Part shown: positions 12,610 through 24,250 of the stretch, one piece after another
Numbering within the stretch: the stretch's first letter is position 1
Layout: every line of letters begins with the position of its first letter
DNA from: Macrostomum lignano
Lineage: Eukaryota
DNA length: 64,000 bases
Reading direction: 5' to 3'
Assembly (NCBI GenBank): GCA_002269645.1
Contig: NIVC01000677.1
Span: 1-64,000, forward strand
Translations under genes and position numbers: made by a program
The notes under the pieces: generated by a model
Told to the model about the DNA's origin: nothing
The model's input: only the letters and a program-made list of their open reading frames with translations
Database searches by the model: none

Positions 12610-13540
12610 TGGAAGGACATTCTCAAGGTTGCAGGAGATTCTCAAGGTTGCAAGGAGATTCTAAAGGTTGCAGGGAGATTCTCAAGGTTGCAAGGAGATT
12701 CTCAAGGTTAAAGGGAGATTCTAAAGGTTGCAGGGAGATTCTCAAGGTTGCAAGGAGATTCTCAAGGTTAAAGGGAGATTCTCAAGTTTGCAGGGAGATT
12801 CTAAAGGTTAAAGGGAGATTCTCAAGTTTGCAGGGAGATTCTAAAGGTTGCAGGGAGATTCTCAAGGTTGCAAGGAGATTCTCAAGGTTAAAGGGAGATT
12901 CTCAAGTTTGCAGGGAGATTCTAAAGGTTAAAGGGAGATTCTCAAGTTTGCAGGGAGATTCTCAAGGTTGCAAGGAGATTCTCAAGGTTGCAGGGAGATT
13001 CTAAAGGTTGCAAGGAGATTCTCAAGGTTAAAGGGAGATTCTCAAGTTTGCAGGGAGATTCTATAGGTTGCAAGGAGATTCTCAAGGTTGAAGAAAGATT
13101 CTCAAGGTTGCAGGGAGATTCTCAAGGTTGCAGGGAGATTCTCAAGGTTGCATGGAGATTCTCAAGGTTGCAGGGAGATTCTCAAGGTTGCAGGGAGATT
13201 CTAAAGGTTGCAAGGAAATTTTCAAGGTTGAAGGAAGATTCTCAAGTTTGCAGGGAGATTCTATAGGTTGCAAGGAAATTCTCAAGGTTGCAGGGAGATT
13301 CTAAAGGTTGCAAGGAAATTTTCAAGGTTGAAGGAAGATTCTCAAGGTTGCAGGGAGGTTCTCAAGGTTGCAGGGAGATTTTCAAGGTTGCAGGGAGATT
13401 TTCAAGGTTGCAAGGAGATTCTCAAGGTTAAAGGGAGATTCTAACGGTTGCAAGGAGATTATCAAGGTTGCAGGGAGATTCTAACGGTTGCAAGGAGATT
13501 ATCAAGGTTGCAGGGAGATTCTAAAGGTTGCAGGGGGATT
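12610..13540. repeat. 20-bp minisatellite (GGGAGATTCTCAAGGTTGCA), related to the 9100-9700 array
   Basis: Tandem units sharing GGAGATTC...AGGTTG. Confidence 0.95.
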
Positions 13541-14463
13541 TTACAGGCTGAAGTTAGACTCTTAAGCTGACAAAGCGACACAATTGCATCAAAATCTAGC
13601 AATTTATTTGTTCCGCAGAATGCAATACTACTATGGCTAAAATCTAATTCCATCAGTAATATTAACATAAATACAACAATTTTCCAAATGAAAAAGACTA
13701 ATTTAACAAAGAAACAAGCCTTCGTTTCGCTACTGTTTTTCACTCGTTAACTTTGTGACTAGTTGATGCAGCAGTTTTTGTCTTTTATATATATATATGA
13801 TAGGTATATGCACAAGTATATTTTTAATTTGAGAGTTGACCATGCCGAGCACATTATCGTTACGTTTTAGGCTTTCATAGATTAATTTCTATGGCAGGAG
13901 ATTAACTAATAACTACACTGGGAGACAGGTGCAGAGGGTTTGAAAGGTTATATTTATCTTAAGCAATCAAATAACTACACTGTACTAGTACAGATACCCT
14001 TGTATTTAAAGCAGGTTTATGTGACAATCTCTATGTTATGCAGTCACGTGGCCCAAGGTTAATAAAACACAGATATAGTAATAATAAGTAAAGCAATATA
14101 GAAATTCATAGTGTAACAGCGGTTATTTGAAAAATACCATGGTAAACATACGTAAGCAGAAGCGATATTGATTGCAAAGCGCGATATAAAACACAAACAA
14201 GAGAGAGATAGACAGACAGACAGACAATACAAAACACATACACAATGTGGCCAATAATGTACAACTGTTTAGGAGTGTGCTAGGGGCTAGGCTTATTTTA
14301 CATAGCAAATAGGATTTTACTAAGCTATTGTCAAACCCTGATTTTTCCGTTTAGAAAACATGAACAAGCCTATTGGTACAATTTTACATATTTAGAGAAG
14401 TCTAATATCTAATAATAATTGATTACAACTTCCCTAATAGGCAGCAAGGAGAAGGATGGGAAT

Positions 14464-14901
14464 GGGAAACTACGTTTCTCAGAAAAAGTTAAGGAGGCTG
14501 GTTTTCGCCGAAAAATACACTACGGAGATAGGAAGTCTTCAAATTTTCAGCACAAAAATTGTTATTGCTTTCAATAGGAGGCAAATCCAATGTTCATCTT
14601 TTGATATGTTGTGCCTTTCTTATTGCTCTATCGATATTCAGGAAGCTTTTCGTTTAGAAAATTAGGATTCTATGTTAAATTTTCATTCGACACACATTCC
14701 CTGTACCTAAATCATAAAAATGCATGGCACAACTTGGCTCTTTAGTTTTATGAATATAATCATTTCACAGATTTTATCATTTCTGTTACACATATTGTCA
14801 CACAATGAGATAAGAAGGATAAAATAGATAAATAGTCCCTATCTCCGTAGTGTATTTTTCGGTAAAAAACCAGCCTCTATTTCTAATAAAAGTAGTTCCC
14901 C
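14464..14901. mobile_element. MITE-like relic with ~40-bp inverted repeats
   Basis: GAGGCTGGTTTTCGCCGAAAAATACACTACGGAGATAGG (14494-14532) is inverted at 14838-14877; the outer GGGAAACTAC/GTAGTTCCCC also pair imperfectly. Confidence 0.65.
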
Positions 14902-14909
14902 GCCCTTCT

Positions 14910-15197
14910 ACTCGAGTTGTGCTTGATGGCTAGATGTGCAACCGACAGCTCAGCCGCAGCTATTGCGCGGCGCATCTGAAGGCTGCGTACGGCTGTTCAG
15001 TCCAAGGACTGGGGGTCGCCACACATCCTCAATTACCCCAGCTAATGCTGGCACCCATTTCACAGCTGGGTGAACTGAAGCAATGCAAAGAGTTTAATGT
15101 CTTTCTCAAGGACACAAATTGTACCGATTGGGTCGAGAATCGAACCCCCGACCTTTCAGTCGCGACTCCGACGCTCTAACCACTGGGCTACATCCCC
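14910..15197 (-). mobile_element. tRNA-derived SINE
   Basis: The minus strand starts GGGGATGTAGCCCAGTGGTTAGAGCG...GGTTCGATTCTCG (A and B boxes). It continues TGTGTCCTTGAGAAAGACATTAAAC...CACCCAGCTGTGAAATGGGTGCC, a body typical of metazoan conserved-core SINEs. Confidence 0.82.
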
Positions 15198-16139
15198 TTC
15201 TTATAGAAGTCTGACTGTGCTAAGGTTCAAAAGTCCAAGTAAGGTGCTAAAGTCCAATCTAATTGCCTACATGGTGGACCTGCCCGCTCTCCTTGACACC
15301 CGTGCAGTCGATGCAACACCGCAGCAAGATTGCAAAATTTTCGACAAGGAAAATTCGATATAAATAAAATGGCTGTACAGACGGATACACACGCACAGAA
15401 CTAAAAAAACAATAAAAGACAAATCGATATAATAACAACAACAATGCAATCCCATTCGATGCATTTGTACAAGCTAGATAAATAAACCGATCAAGCGAAC
15501 AAAGAAACAAACAACAATTTTGATTTATTTCGCCGTCCTTAAACTTCGAACAGCCGGGTGAATGCTTAGTTGAGATCGGCTAGGACTATAAAACAGATTT
15601 AACCAAGTCACGCTGAGAATCTCTAATTAAAGAGATTTCGAAAATCAGTTGAAGAAGCGGATTGTGAAACTTCAGAATAGTTAATGATTGAGGCCAAGAT
15701 TATACACAGAGCTCTCATCGAATTACTAGGCTGGCCAATTCAAAGCGGAAACAATATGGGACAGAACACCATTAGATAAACAAGCAGGCAAAAATGAAAC
15801 AACAAACTGTAAGAGTAAACGCATGTCAGTATTATATAATATATAATAATAACTAAATATAAGCTACATTAGCGCAGACAAACGAAAACAAGCATAGTTA
15901 ATGAAGCTCTGCCAGCTCTCTGAGTCTTGGTTCCAAGCAATAACAAAGACCTACGCGCTTGCTGCACTGGATAGGGAGATCAATAAATGAAACACACGTA
16001 AGCAAACGTGCTAAGTTGCATATTGTTGCGCTAACCGCTGAGACTACGAGCGTAAATATGAAGACGGCACAGATGGGGATAAAAACAAAAAACGCTTCAG
16101 TTAACTTGGGCGGTTCTCTATAAGTAGGGATTTGAATTT

Positions 16140-17160
16140 GGATTCTAAGCACTGCAGTTGGGATTCTAAGCACTGAAGTTGGGATTCTAAGCACTGAAGT
16201 TGGGATTCTTCTAAGCACTGCAGTTAGGATTCTTCTAAGCACTAAAGTTGGGATTCTAAGCACTGCAGTTGGGATCTAAGCACTGAAGTTGGATTCTAAG
16301 CACTGAAGTTGGGATTCTCTAAGCACTGAAGTTGGGATTCTTCTAAGCACTGAAGTTGGGATTCTAAGCACTGAAAGTTGGGATTCTAAGCACTGAAGTT
16401 GGGATTCTAAGCACTGAAGTTGGGATTCTAAGCACTGCAGTTGGGATTCTTCTAAGCACTGCAGTTGGGATTCTAAGCACTGAAGTTGGGATTCTTCTAA
16501 GCACTGAAGTTGGGATTCTTCTAAGCACTGAAGTTGGGATTCTTCTAAGCACTGAAGTTGGGATTCTAAGCACTGAAGTTGGGATTCTTCTAAGCACTGA
16601 AGTTGGGATTCTAAGCACTGCAGTTGGGATTCTTCTAAGCACTGCAGTTGGGATTCTAAGCACTGCAGTTGGGATTCTAAGCACTGAAGTTGGGATTCTT
16701 CTAAGCACTGAAGTTGGGATTCTAAGCACTGAAGTTGGGATTCTTCTAAGCACTGAAGTTGGGATTCTAAGCACTGCAGTTGGGATTCTTCTAAGCACTG
16801 CAGTTGGGATTCTTCTAAGCACTGCAGTTGGGATTCTAAGCACTGCAGTTGGGATTCTAAGCACTGAAGTTGGGATTCTAAGCACTGCAGTTGGGATTCT
16901 TCTAAGCACTGAAGTTGGGATTCTAAGCACTGCAGTTGGGATTCTTCTAAGCACTGCAGTTGGGATTCTAAGCACTGCAGTTTGGATTCTTATAAGCACT
17001 GCAGTTGGGATTCTAAGCACTGCAGTTTGGATTCTTCTAAGCACTGAAGTTGGGATTCTAAGCACTGAAGTTTGGATTCTTCTAAGCACTGCAGTTGGGA
17101 TTCTAAGCACTGCAGTTTGGATTCTTATAAGCACTGAAGCTGAGATTCCAAGCACTGAAA
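16140..17160. repeat. 21/24-bp minisatellite (GGGATTCT[TCT]AAGCACTG[A/C]AGTT)
   Basis: Tandem units with two binary variant positions. Confidence 0.95.
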
Positions 17161-17485
17161 TTGGGATTTTAAGAGAGTAAACTTCTAATACAGAATTCTA
17201 GTAATTAAATAAATATAATCAACCTTTTCCTTCAAGCTCAAGAAGACCTGTGGAGTTCACCCGAAGAAGCAATGCATTCTGCGCAAGCGAAAACAAATAA
17301 ATAAGACAATTCAGTAGCAAGGGCCAGATAGGACACAAAAAACTTAGGAGAGAAAGCCTGGTGGGTTTATTAGAGAGCATCAGAAATCCAAGCACAAATG
17401 ATTCAACACTGGTCTATAAGAGCAAGAGAGGCGGAGCGCATAAAGCCGCAAGAGGCGACAAGGCCAACTGGGAGACACAGGTCAG

Positions 17486-20400
17486 TCAGGGTGCAGAGCC
17501 GCCCTCGCCACCGCCAGACTGATCGCCCCCGAAGCTCTTGGTCTTGGACAGCAGCATCTCCGCTATGAGGGTGTTGCGGGGATTTTGCCAGTGCGCAGCT
17601 TGTCAGTCAGGTAGCATTCCAGCTTGAAGGCCAGGTACTTGATCTCCGGCAGTCTCAACAGAATCTTGCCAAATTTGTCCGCCTGCTGCGGCGAATTCTC
17701 CAGGATATAGTCCAACAGTGAGCAGCTGATTTTGAACTCAACAGTGCTTACAAAGTCCGCGTTGTGCTTTAGCATGATGTCTGCAGTGCGATTGGGGTAG
17801 GCGGATTGTGTTTGCTTCTGTCTGTCTGCCCTAGTGTCCACCTGTGTGTCTGTCTGCCTTAGTGTCTACCTGTGTGTCTGTCTGCCTTAGTGTCTACCTG
17901 TGTGTCTGTCTGCCCTAGTGTCTACCTGTGTGTCTGTCTGCCCTAGTGTCTACCTGTGTGTCTGTCTGCCTTAGTGTCTACCTGTGTGTCTGTCTGCCTT
18001 AGTGTCTACCTGTGTGTCTGTCTGCCTTAGTGTCTACCTGTGTGTCTGTCTGCCTTAGTGTCTACCTGTGTGTCTGTCTGCCTTAGTGTCTACCTGTGTG
18101 TCTGTCTGCCCTAGTGTCTACCTGTGTGTCTGTCTGCCTAGTGTCTACCTGTGTGTCTGTCTGCCTTAGTGTCTACCTGTGTGTCTGTCTGCCTTAGTGT
18201 CTACCTGTGTGTCTGTCTGCCTTAGTGTCTACCTGTGTGTCTGTCTGCCTTAGTGTCGACCTGTGTGTCTGTCTGCCTTAGTGTCTACCTGTGTGTCTGT
18301 CTGCCTTAGTGTCTACCTGTGTGTCTGTCTGCCTTAGTGTCTACCTGTGTGTCTGGTTGCCTTAGTGTCTACCTGTGTGTCTGTCTGCCTTAGTGTCTAC
18401 CTGTGTGTCTGTCTGCCCTAGTGTCTACCTGTGTGTCTGTCTGCCCTAGTGTCTACCTGTGTGTCTGTCTGCCTTAGTGTCCACCTGTGTGTCTGTCTGC
18501 CTTAGTGTCTACCTGTGTGTCTGTCTGCCTTAGTGTCTACCTGTGTGTCTGTCTGCCTTAGTGTCTACCTGTGTGTCTGTCTGCCTTAGTGTCTACCTGT
18601 GTGTCTGTCTGCCTTAGTGTCTACCTGTGTGTCTGTCTGCCTTAGTGTCTACCTGTGTGTCTGGTTGCCTTAGTGTCTACCTGTGTGTCTGTCTGCCCTA
18701 GTGTCCACCTGTGTGTCTGTCTGCCTTAGTGTCTACCTGTGTGTCTGTCTGCCCTAGTGTCTACCTGTGTGTCTGGTTGCCTTAGTGTCTACCTGTGTGT
18801 CTGTCTGCCTTAGTGTCTACCTGTGTGTCTGTCTGCCTTAGTGTCTACCTGTGTGTCTGGTTGCCTTAGTGTCTACCTGTGTGTCTGTCTGCCCTAGTGT
18901 CCACCTGTGTGTCTGTCTGCCTTAGTGTCTACCTGTGTGTCTGGTTGCCTTAGTGTCCACCTGTGTGTCTGTCTGCCTACCCACCAGTTACGAAACAGTT
19001 AAGCCCTTTATTCCCCGCAAACAGCAGCCAAGGCCGCTACACAGGCCATCCGTACCGTGCTTTCCCGCATTAAACATGAGCAGAAACTTGAGCGCGGCAA
19101 ACTCGCACTTGTCCAACCGCAGGCTCTGCACCCGCTCAATTAGATCCATCAGGCGCAGCTTGACCTCGGACAGGTCCAGCAGGTCGAGAATATCGGCGGA
19201 GTGGTTCAGCTGAGACGAGTACTGCAGTTGCATTGATGGCGGATAGAATTACAAAAACAATAATCTTGCCAGACATATACAATTCTACCCAACTTACCCA
19301 ACTCGATTCGATGCTGTCCTTTCTATTGTCGTGGACGCAGTGGTACAGGTATTCCAATAAGAGAATTTCTCCCCAGCTGCTATTCAGTAGCTGCATTTGG
19401 TCTTCAACCTGGAGTGAAAAAAACAAAAACGCTGATGGAAACACAGTAGAAATGAAGAGATGAAAGGAGAGAGGAGACAAGAAGGTAAAGGAGAGAGGAA
19501 GGGAGAGGAAGGGAGGGGAGAGATAAAGGTAGAAGGCAAGAGAGAGGAAGGGAGAGGAAGAGAGACAAGAGATGAAGGTAGAAGGCAAGAGAGAGGAAGG
19601 GAGAGGAAGAGAGACAAGAGATGAAGGTAGAAGGCAAGAGAGAGGAAGGGAGAGGAAGAGAGACAAGAGATGAAGGTAGAAGGCAAGAGAGAGGAAGGGA
19701 GAGGAAGAGAGACAAGAGATGAAGGTAGAAGGCAGAGGAGAGAGAGGAAGGGAGAGAGATGAAGGGAGATGGGAGAGGAAGGGAGAGAGATGAAGGGAGA
19801 GGGGAGAGGAAGGGAGAGAGATGAAGGGAGAGGGGAGAGGAGAGATTAAGCGGGAGAAAGGAATGGAGGAATGGGGAGGGCAAGGGAGAGGAGGGAGGCC
19901 CGGAGTTGAGCTTATCGAGTCTAACCAGCAGTCCAAAACAGAAAAAATGGCAGAGTCCAGGAGTATGCAAAAAAACTCACCGACACAACCTTGAAGTAAT
20001 CGGCATTTCTAGCCCAGTCCACCAATGTGAACAGCGCCTGCTCCAAGAAGCAGCACAGGTTGTGAAAGAGGCTCTCAGGCTCTGTCAGATTGGGTATGAG
20101 TTGTTTTTCCACGAATTCGTTGATACTGTCCAGCTTCTTGCTCGCTTTAGCGTCGTAAGCCGTGATTCGCTCGATGATGACGCGGGTGGTTTCAACGCCG
20201 CCAGTCGACGAGGAAGCAGCCGCGGTCCCGGCTGAATCGACGCCGCTTAGCTGCGGATGCTGAGACACCGGCGGCATCTGCTGATGGTGCTGAAGCGGAT
20301 GCTGCTGCTGCTGTTGTGGTTGGTGTTGCTGATGGTGCTGCTGGGACTGCTGATGATGATGCTGCTGCTGGTGGTGGTGCTGCTGTTGATGCCCCAGGTT

Positions 20401-20937
20401 GGGTAGCGCTAGAAGAGCCTGCGGCCCAACGGCGCCCAGCGGTCCTGGCAGACGCGGCATCTGCTGGGCAGCGGCGGCCGCTGCCGCTGCCAGGTTGGGT
20501 TTTACATCGGCGGGCCCGCTAGCTGGAAAGAAGGCCGCGGCGGCAGCGGCTGCGGCGGCGGATCCGCCACCTTGGAGGGCGGCCTGCTGCGCCTCCCAAG
20601 ACTGCTGCGAGCCGGGGAAACCTGCGGCGGCGGCAGCGGCGGCGGCGGCTGCCGCGGCGGCGGATGAGACGGAAGCGCCACCTGCGCCACCGCCGCCATG
20701 GTGGTGCCCGCCAGCCTGGCTAAGCGCCGGATGGGCGGCGGTGAGTCCGGGGAACATCGCCTGGGAACCGAAGGGCGCGCCGTGCGGCCCGTGCTGATTG
20801 GCTGAGCCAGCAGACGGCGGCGGCGGCTGCGGCTGATGATGATGAGGCGGATGAGGATGCTGAGGAGGCCCGGTGCTGAAGCCGAGCATGTGATTCCGAT
20901 TGTCCATGAGCGCGCCCGGCTCAGATTTAAAGTTCAT
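17486..20937 (-). CDS. ftz-f1: Nuclear receptor, NR5A/FTZ-F1-type ligand-binding domain with a low-complexity N-terminus; no DBD seen
   Basis: Exons 19990-20937(20943), 19298-19408, 19056-19221 and 17486-17780 have GT-AG borders. Motifs: LEQALFTLVDWARNADYFK|VEDQMQLLNSSWGEILLL, LRLDKCEFAALKFLLMFN, LLDY...DKFGKILLRLPEIK and AF-2 NTLIAEML. One base is missing in the G run at 17578-17581. Confidence 0.85.
17815..18975. repeat. 28-bp intronic minisatellite (TGTCTGTCTGCCTTAGTGTCTACCTGTG)
   Basis: Fills the last intron of the nuclear receptor. Confidence 0.95.
19450..19890. repeat. GA-rich intronic tandem repeat (~49-bp and ~24-bp units)
   Basis: GAAGGTAGAAGGCAAGAGAGAGGAAGGGAGAGGAAGAGAGACAAGAGAT repeated. 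Confidence 0.9.
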
Positions 20938-21370
20938 GGCGCTCTATTGAAACAATGGTTCTTCTGTCTCTCTGTTTATTTCGTACTGGCTGCAAATGGG
21001 TTTCAGTAAATTTTGTGGTTGCAATGGCCGGCGGGAACCGCTGCCATGCAATCGATTATAAGACATATTTTTATTCATTTTTAATACATTTTTCATACCA
21101 TGCTACAGAGGTAAGTTGCTTTTCAACAACAATAATAATCTACAACTAAATGAACAAGTAAGTGCAAATACATGGCCTATTTTTAGTGACTAAAATTGTA
21201 ACAGAGATAGGATAAGTTCCAAAATTGATGACTTAGAGACACAAAAAGCCAATGTATGACTCTATTGATTTTAAATTGCCAAATAAGGGTTTTAATATAG
21301 CACTTTTATTCAAACTTTGCTGAAATTGCTCAAATGCTACCCAAAAAATCCTCCCAACTTTGACTAACTA

Positions 21371-22135
21371 TAGCCTTTTGCAGCCCATTTGGGCCTCGCG
21401 CATTGAATTTAATCGAAGATACGTTTCCAATGTAACGGAGCTTTTGTCTATGGTAGCAAGGCTGGCACAGCGGCATTTAATTTGGTCCAACAAGCATCAA
21501 TTTGGTCCAAACGCTTGTGCAGAGCCATTCGGCAAACTCTTGCCTTCTGGCAACCGTCTGCAGGTGGTTGCGTACCGCTTGAATGTCAGCGTCTCTACCA
21601 ACAATTTTCTGTCGCTTTTCCAGAGCTCTGCTGATAGTCAAAATTGATAACCAACTGGATCTGTTTCTTCAACTTCTGCTGCATTTTCTGCAACGTCAGC
21701 AAAAGGTTCGTCTCAACTGCATCGAGTAGCAGTTGGACCTGAAACTCTCGCAACTTGCTTTGGCGATTGCCACCCTTTCGCAGGTGACCTCTGCCGGCAG
21801 TGGTTTCAATGCGCTGATGAATGTTGTAAACGATATTTTCTTCTATATTCAGCAACCTTGCAATGTTCTTTGGGTGTTCACCTCTATCGAGCGCTTCGAT
21901 CACAACAAGCCAATGGCATTCGTTTGACAGCCTAGCATTTCGTCCACAATTCTGAGGCTGATCTTGCTCCTCCGCAGCAGTTGCAAATGAAGCTATGGAC
22001 CAAATTGATGCTTGTTGGACCCAATTAAATGCCGCTGTGCCAGCCTTGCTACCATAGACAAAAGCTCCGTTACATTGGAAACGTATCTTCGATTAAATTC
22101 AATGCGCGTAAGCCCAAATGGACTGCAAAAAGCTA
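21371..22135 (-). mobile_element. Internally deleted Tc1/IS630-like DNA transposon with ~150-bp TIRs
   Basis: 21371-~21520 is the inverse of ~21990-22135, with TA at both ends. The minus strand encodes an HTH-like transposase N-terminus (ARLSNECHWLVVIEALDRGEHPKNIARLLNIEENIVYNIHQR...GGNRQSKL) with no DDE domain. Confidence 0.8.
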
Positions 22136-22543
22136 TTTTACTACTCATTGCTTTTAGCCTGTCTTAAAACTAAAATTTTAACAAAATAACAAAAGATTTC
22201 TTCTATTGGATGCTGTGATGATTTTGGGTGCAAGACTTTACTTGTACTTATTTTGTTATTTTTTATTTGTCCATTTGCACTCATTCTCTATTTTTGTTTG
22301 TTTATTTCACCTGTTTCTCATTGGCTTATTTTGTCCCTACCCTCGTCGATGCCTAAACCCCTCCTCCATTGTGCACTCTCTCGCATTATTTCTCTACCCC
22401 TCCCCACATGCTGATTGGCTCTGGCGTTCTGGCTGGGGGTCATGCATTTGGTTTGCATTCCGATCTCTCCCTATCTGTCTGCTGGCTTAGGGTTGTTACT
22501 TGTACTTATTTCATCTTCGCGTCTGTATTAGGGTCATTTCACA

Positions 22544-24250
22544 CTGTAGATCTAAAAGGTCCGGAAAGGGTCCGAATTCTATTTTTGGACCCTTAACCTG
22601 TCACTCACTGACTGTGCATGGCCTAGCGAGCCAGCACCTGTTCCAGCATCTGCATCAACAACACCAAAACATCCACCGTGTTAAAATGCGGTGCTAAGGC
22701 CGATTGCTTTGCCTTCCCCTATCCACCCTATCCATCGCGGACAATCAGGACAGGGCGAGGTTGCCATGGCCTGCCGTTTTCCCGGTCTAAAAAACCCTTC
22801 TGAAACATTCTGGCGCTCAAAGATTATCCGACGTTTTAAGGAGTTGCGTTTTAAAAAAAGCGGATGCTGACATCAACAGCGGTCCTATCGTTCAAGAAAT
22901 ACGTTTTAAATCTAGGCGCTAGTGCAAGCGTCCAGCAGCAGCGACCAACAGGTGTACAGACGAGCAGAATAAAGACGAGGAAGACGACGCCGCACGACTG
23001 AAAACCCGCAAGCGTCAGCGATTAGACGACGACTTCAAAGATGACGACAAAGAAATCGATGATGGCATTGACAATCAAGTGGATGTGAATGATGCGAACA
23101 GCACGGTGGCAAAGAGCTTTACGCGCCACTTCGTGACATCCGTGTACTAGAACAGGAGGCATTTTCTAATGATTGAAACATACAACAAAAGCAGGACCAA
23201 CTATGTCCGGCAGTCCTCTCCGACGGAAATTCGTAATAAAGTGATGAAGTTGCTAATCTTCATCTACAACAAGAAAATTTTAATGAGAAACTATAAACTC
23301 TGCGAGGAATACCCTGCAGACGTAGAGACTGAGGCCGAAGAATTGCCCATGGCTGTCTGCCTTCTGCTAGGACGATTGCGAAGTGACCCTAAGATTAATT
23401 TTTGCGAAGAACTACCCACAAGGGTATTGACAGAAGGGGAGCAGTGGCGGGGCGTTTTCGTGAATGGAGCCAACCTTTTTGAAAGCTCAACAGACTGCTT
23501 TTGTGATCGTGTGCATGTATAGCATTTAACCTGTGGCACCTACCTGTCCTCGGGTCTTTTTTAGAAGTTGTAGAAGTTTTGGCGGGTCTCTATAAAAAGC
23601 TGTCCAAAAGCCAGCTGTGGCCCTTCTTGATGTTCTTCGTTAGCAAGGTGTGTCTATTTATTATTACATTATTGCTACTAATGCCATCTCGATTTATTAC
23701 ATTATTGCCTGTAATTACATTTCTATTTATTACATTTATTGCCTAAAATTTCATATCTAGTTGTTACACGTATTGCCTATAATTTCATGCATATTTGTTA
23801 CATTTATTACCTATACTTTCATGCACCTTGTATATTTGTTACATTCATTGCCCATTATTTTGTGTCTATTTATTTATTATATTTCTTATTGCTTATAATG
23901 CTATGCATATAACTTTAACTTTATATATAAATTCATGCTTCAAATTTTTAGACTTGGTACATTTAAAAGTCCTTTTATTAGTCATTAATATAAAGAAAAC
24001 TAAACTACATATTAGAAAAAATGAAAACATGCTTTCTTTTTTGTATCTAGGGTTTGCATATGTACAAGATTAATGCAGAGTATATTATAGACTGGTGGAC
24101 CTTTAAAGGTCCACTTCATTGCCAGTTTGGACCCTAAAAATAGACTTTTCTTGGACTATAATTTGGACCTTTAAGGGTCCATTTTATTAACACTCTGGAC
24201 CCTTCAATTTGGACCTTCTTTAGACCTTTTTGGACCTTTTGAACTTACAG
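22544..24250. mobile_element. Degenerate TIR DNA transposon with GGTCC/GGACC subterminal repeats
   Basis: The left end CTGTAGATCTAAAAGGTCCGGAAAGGGTCC resembles the reverse complement of the right end, CTGTAAGTTCAAAAGGTCCAAAAAGGTC. Clustered GGACC motifs lie at 24090-24240 and broken coding-like segments at 22950-23520. Confidence 0.45.

Noticed and set aside
15126-15197. tRNA-like sequence on the minus strand
   Set aside because: The acceptor stem does not pair and it runs straight into a SINE body, so it is a SINE head rather than a tRNA gene.
15898-16263. Hydrophobic 121-aa ORF
   Set aside because: It starts inside the minisatellite, has AT-rich non-coding-like codon usage and shows no recognisable motif.
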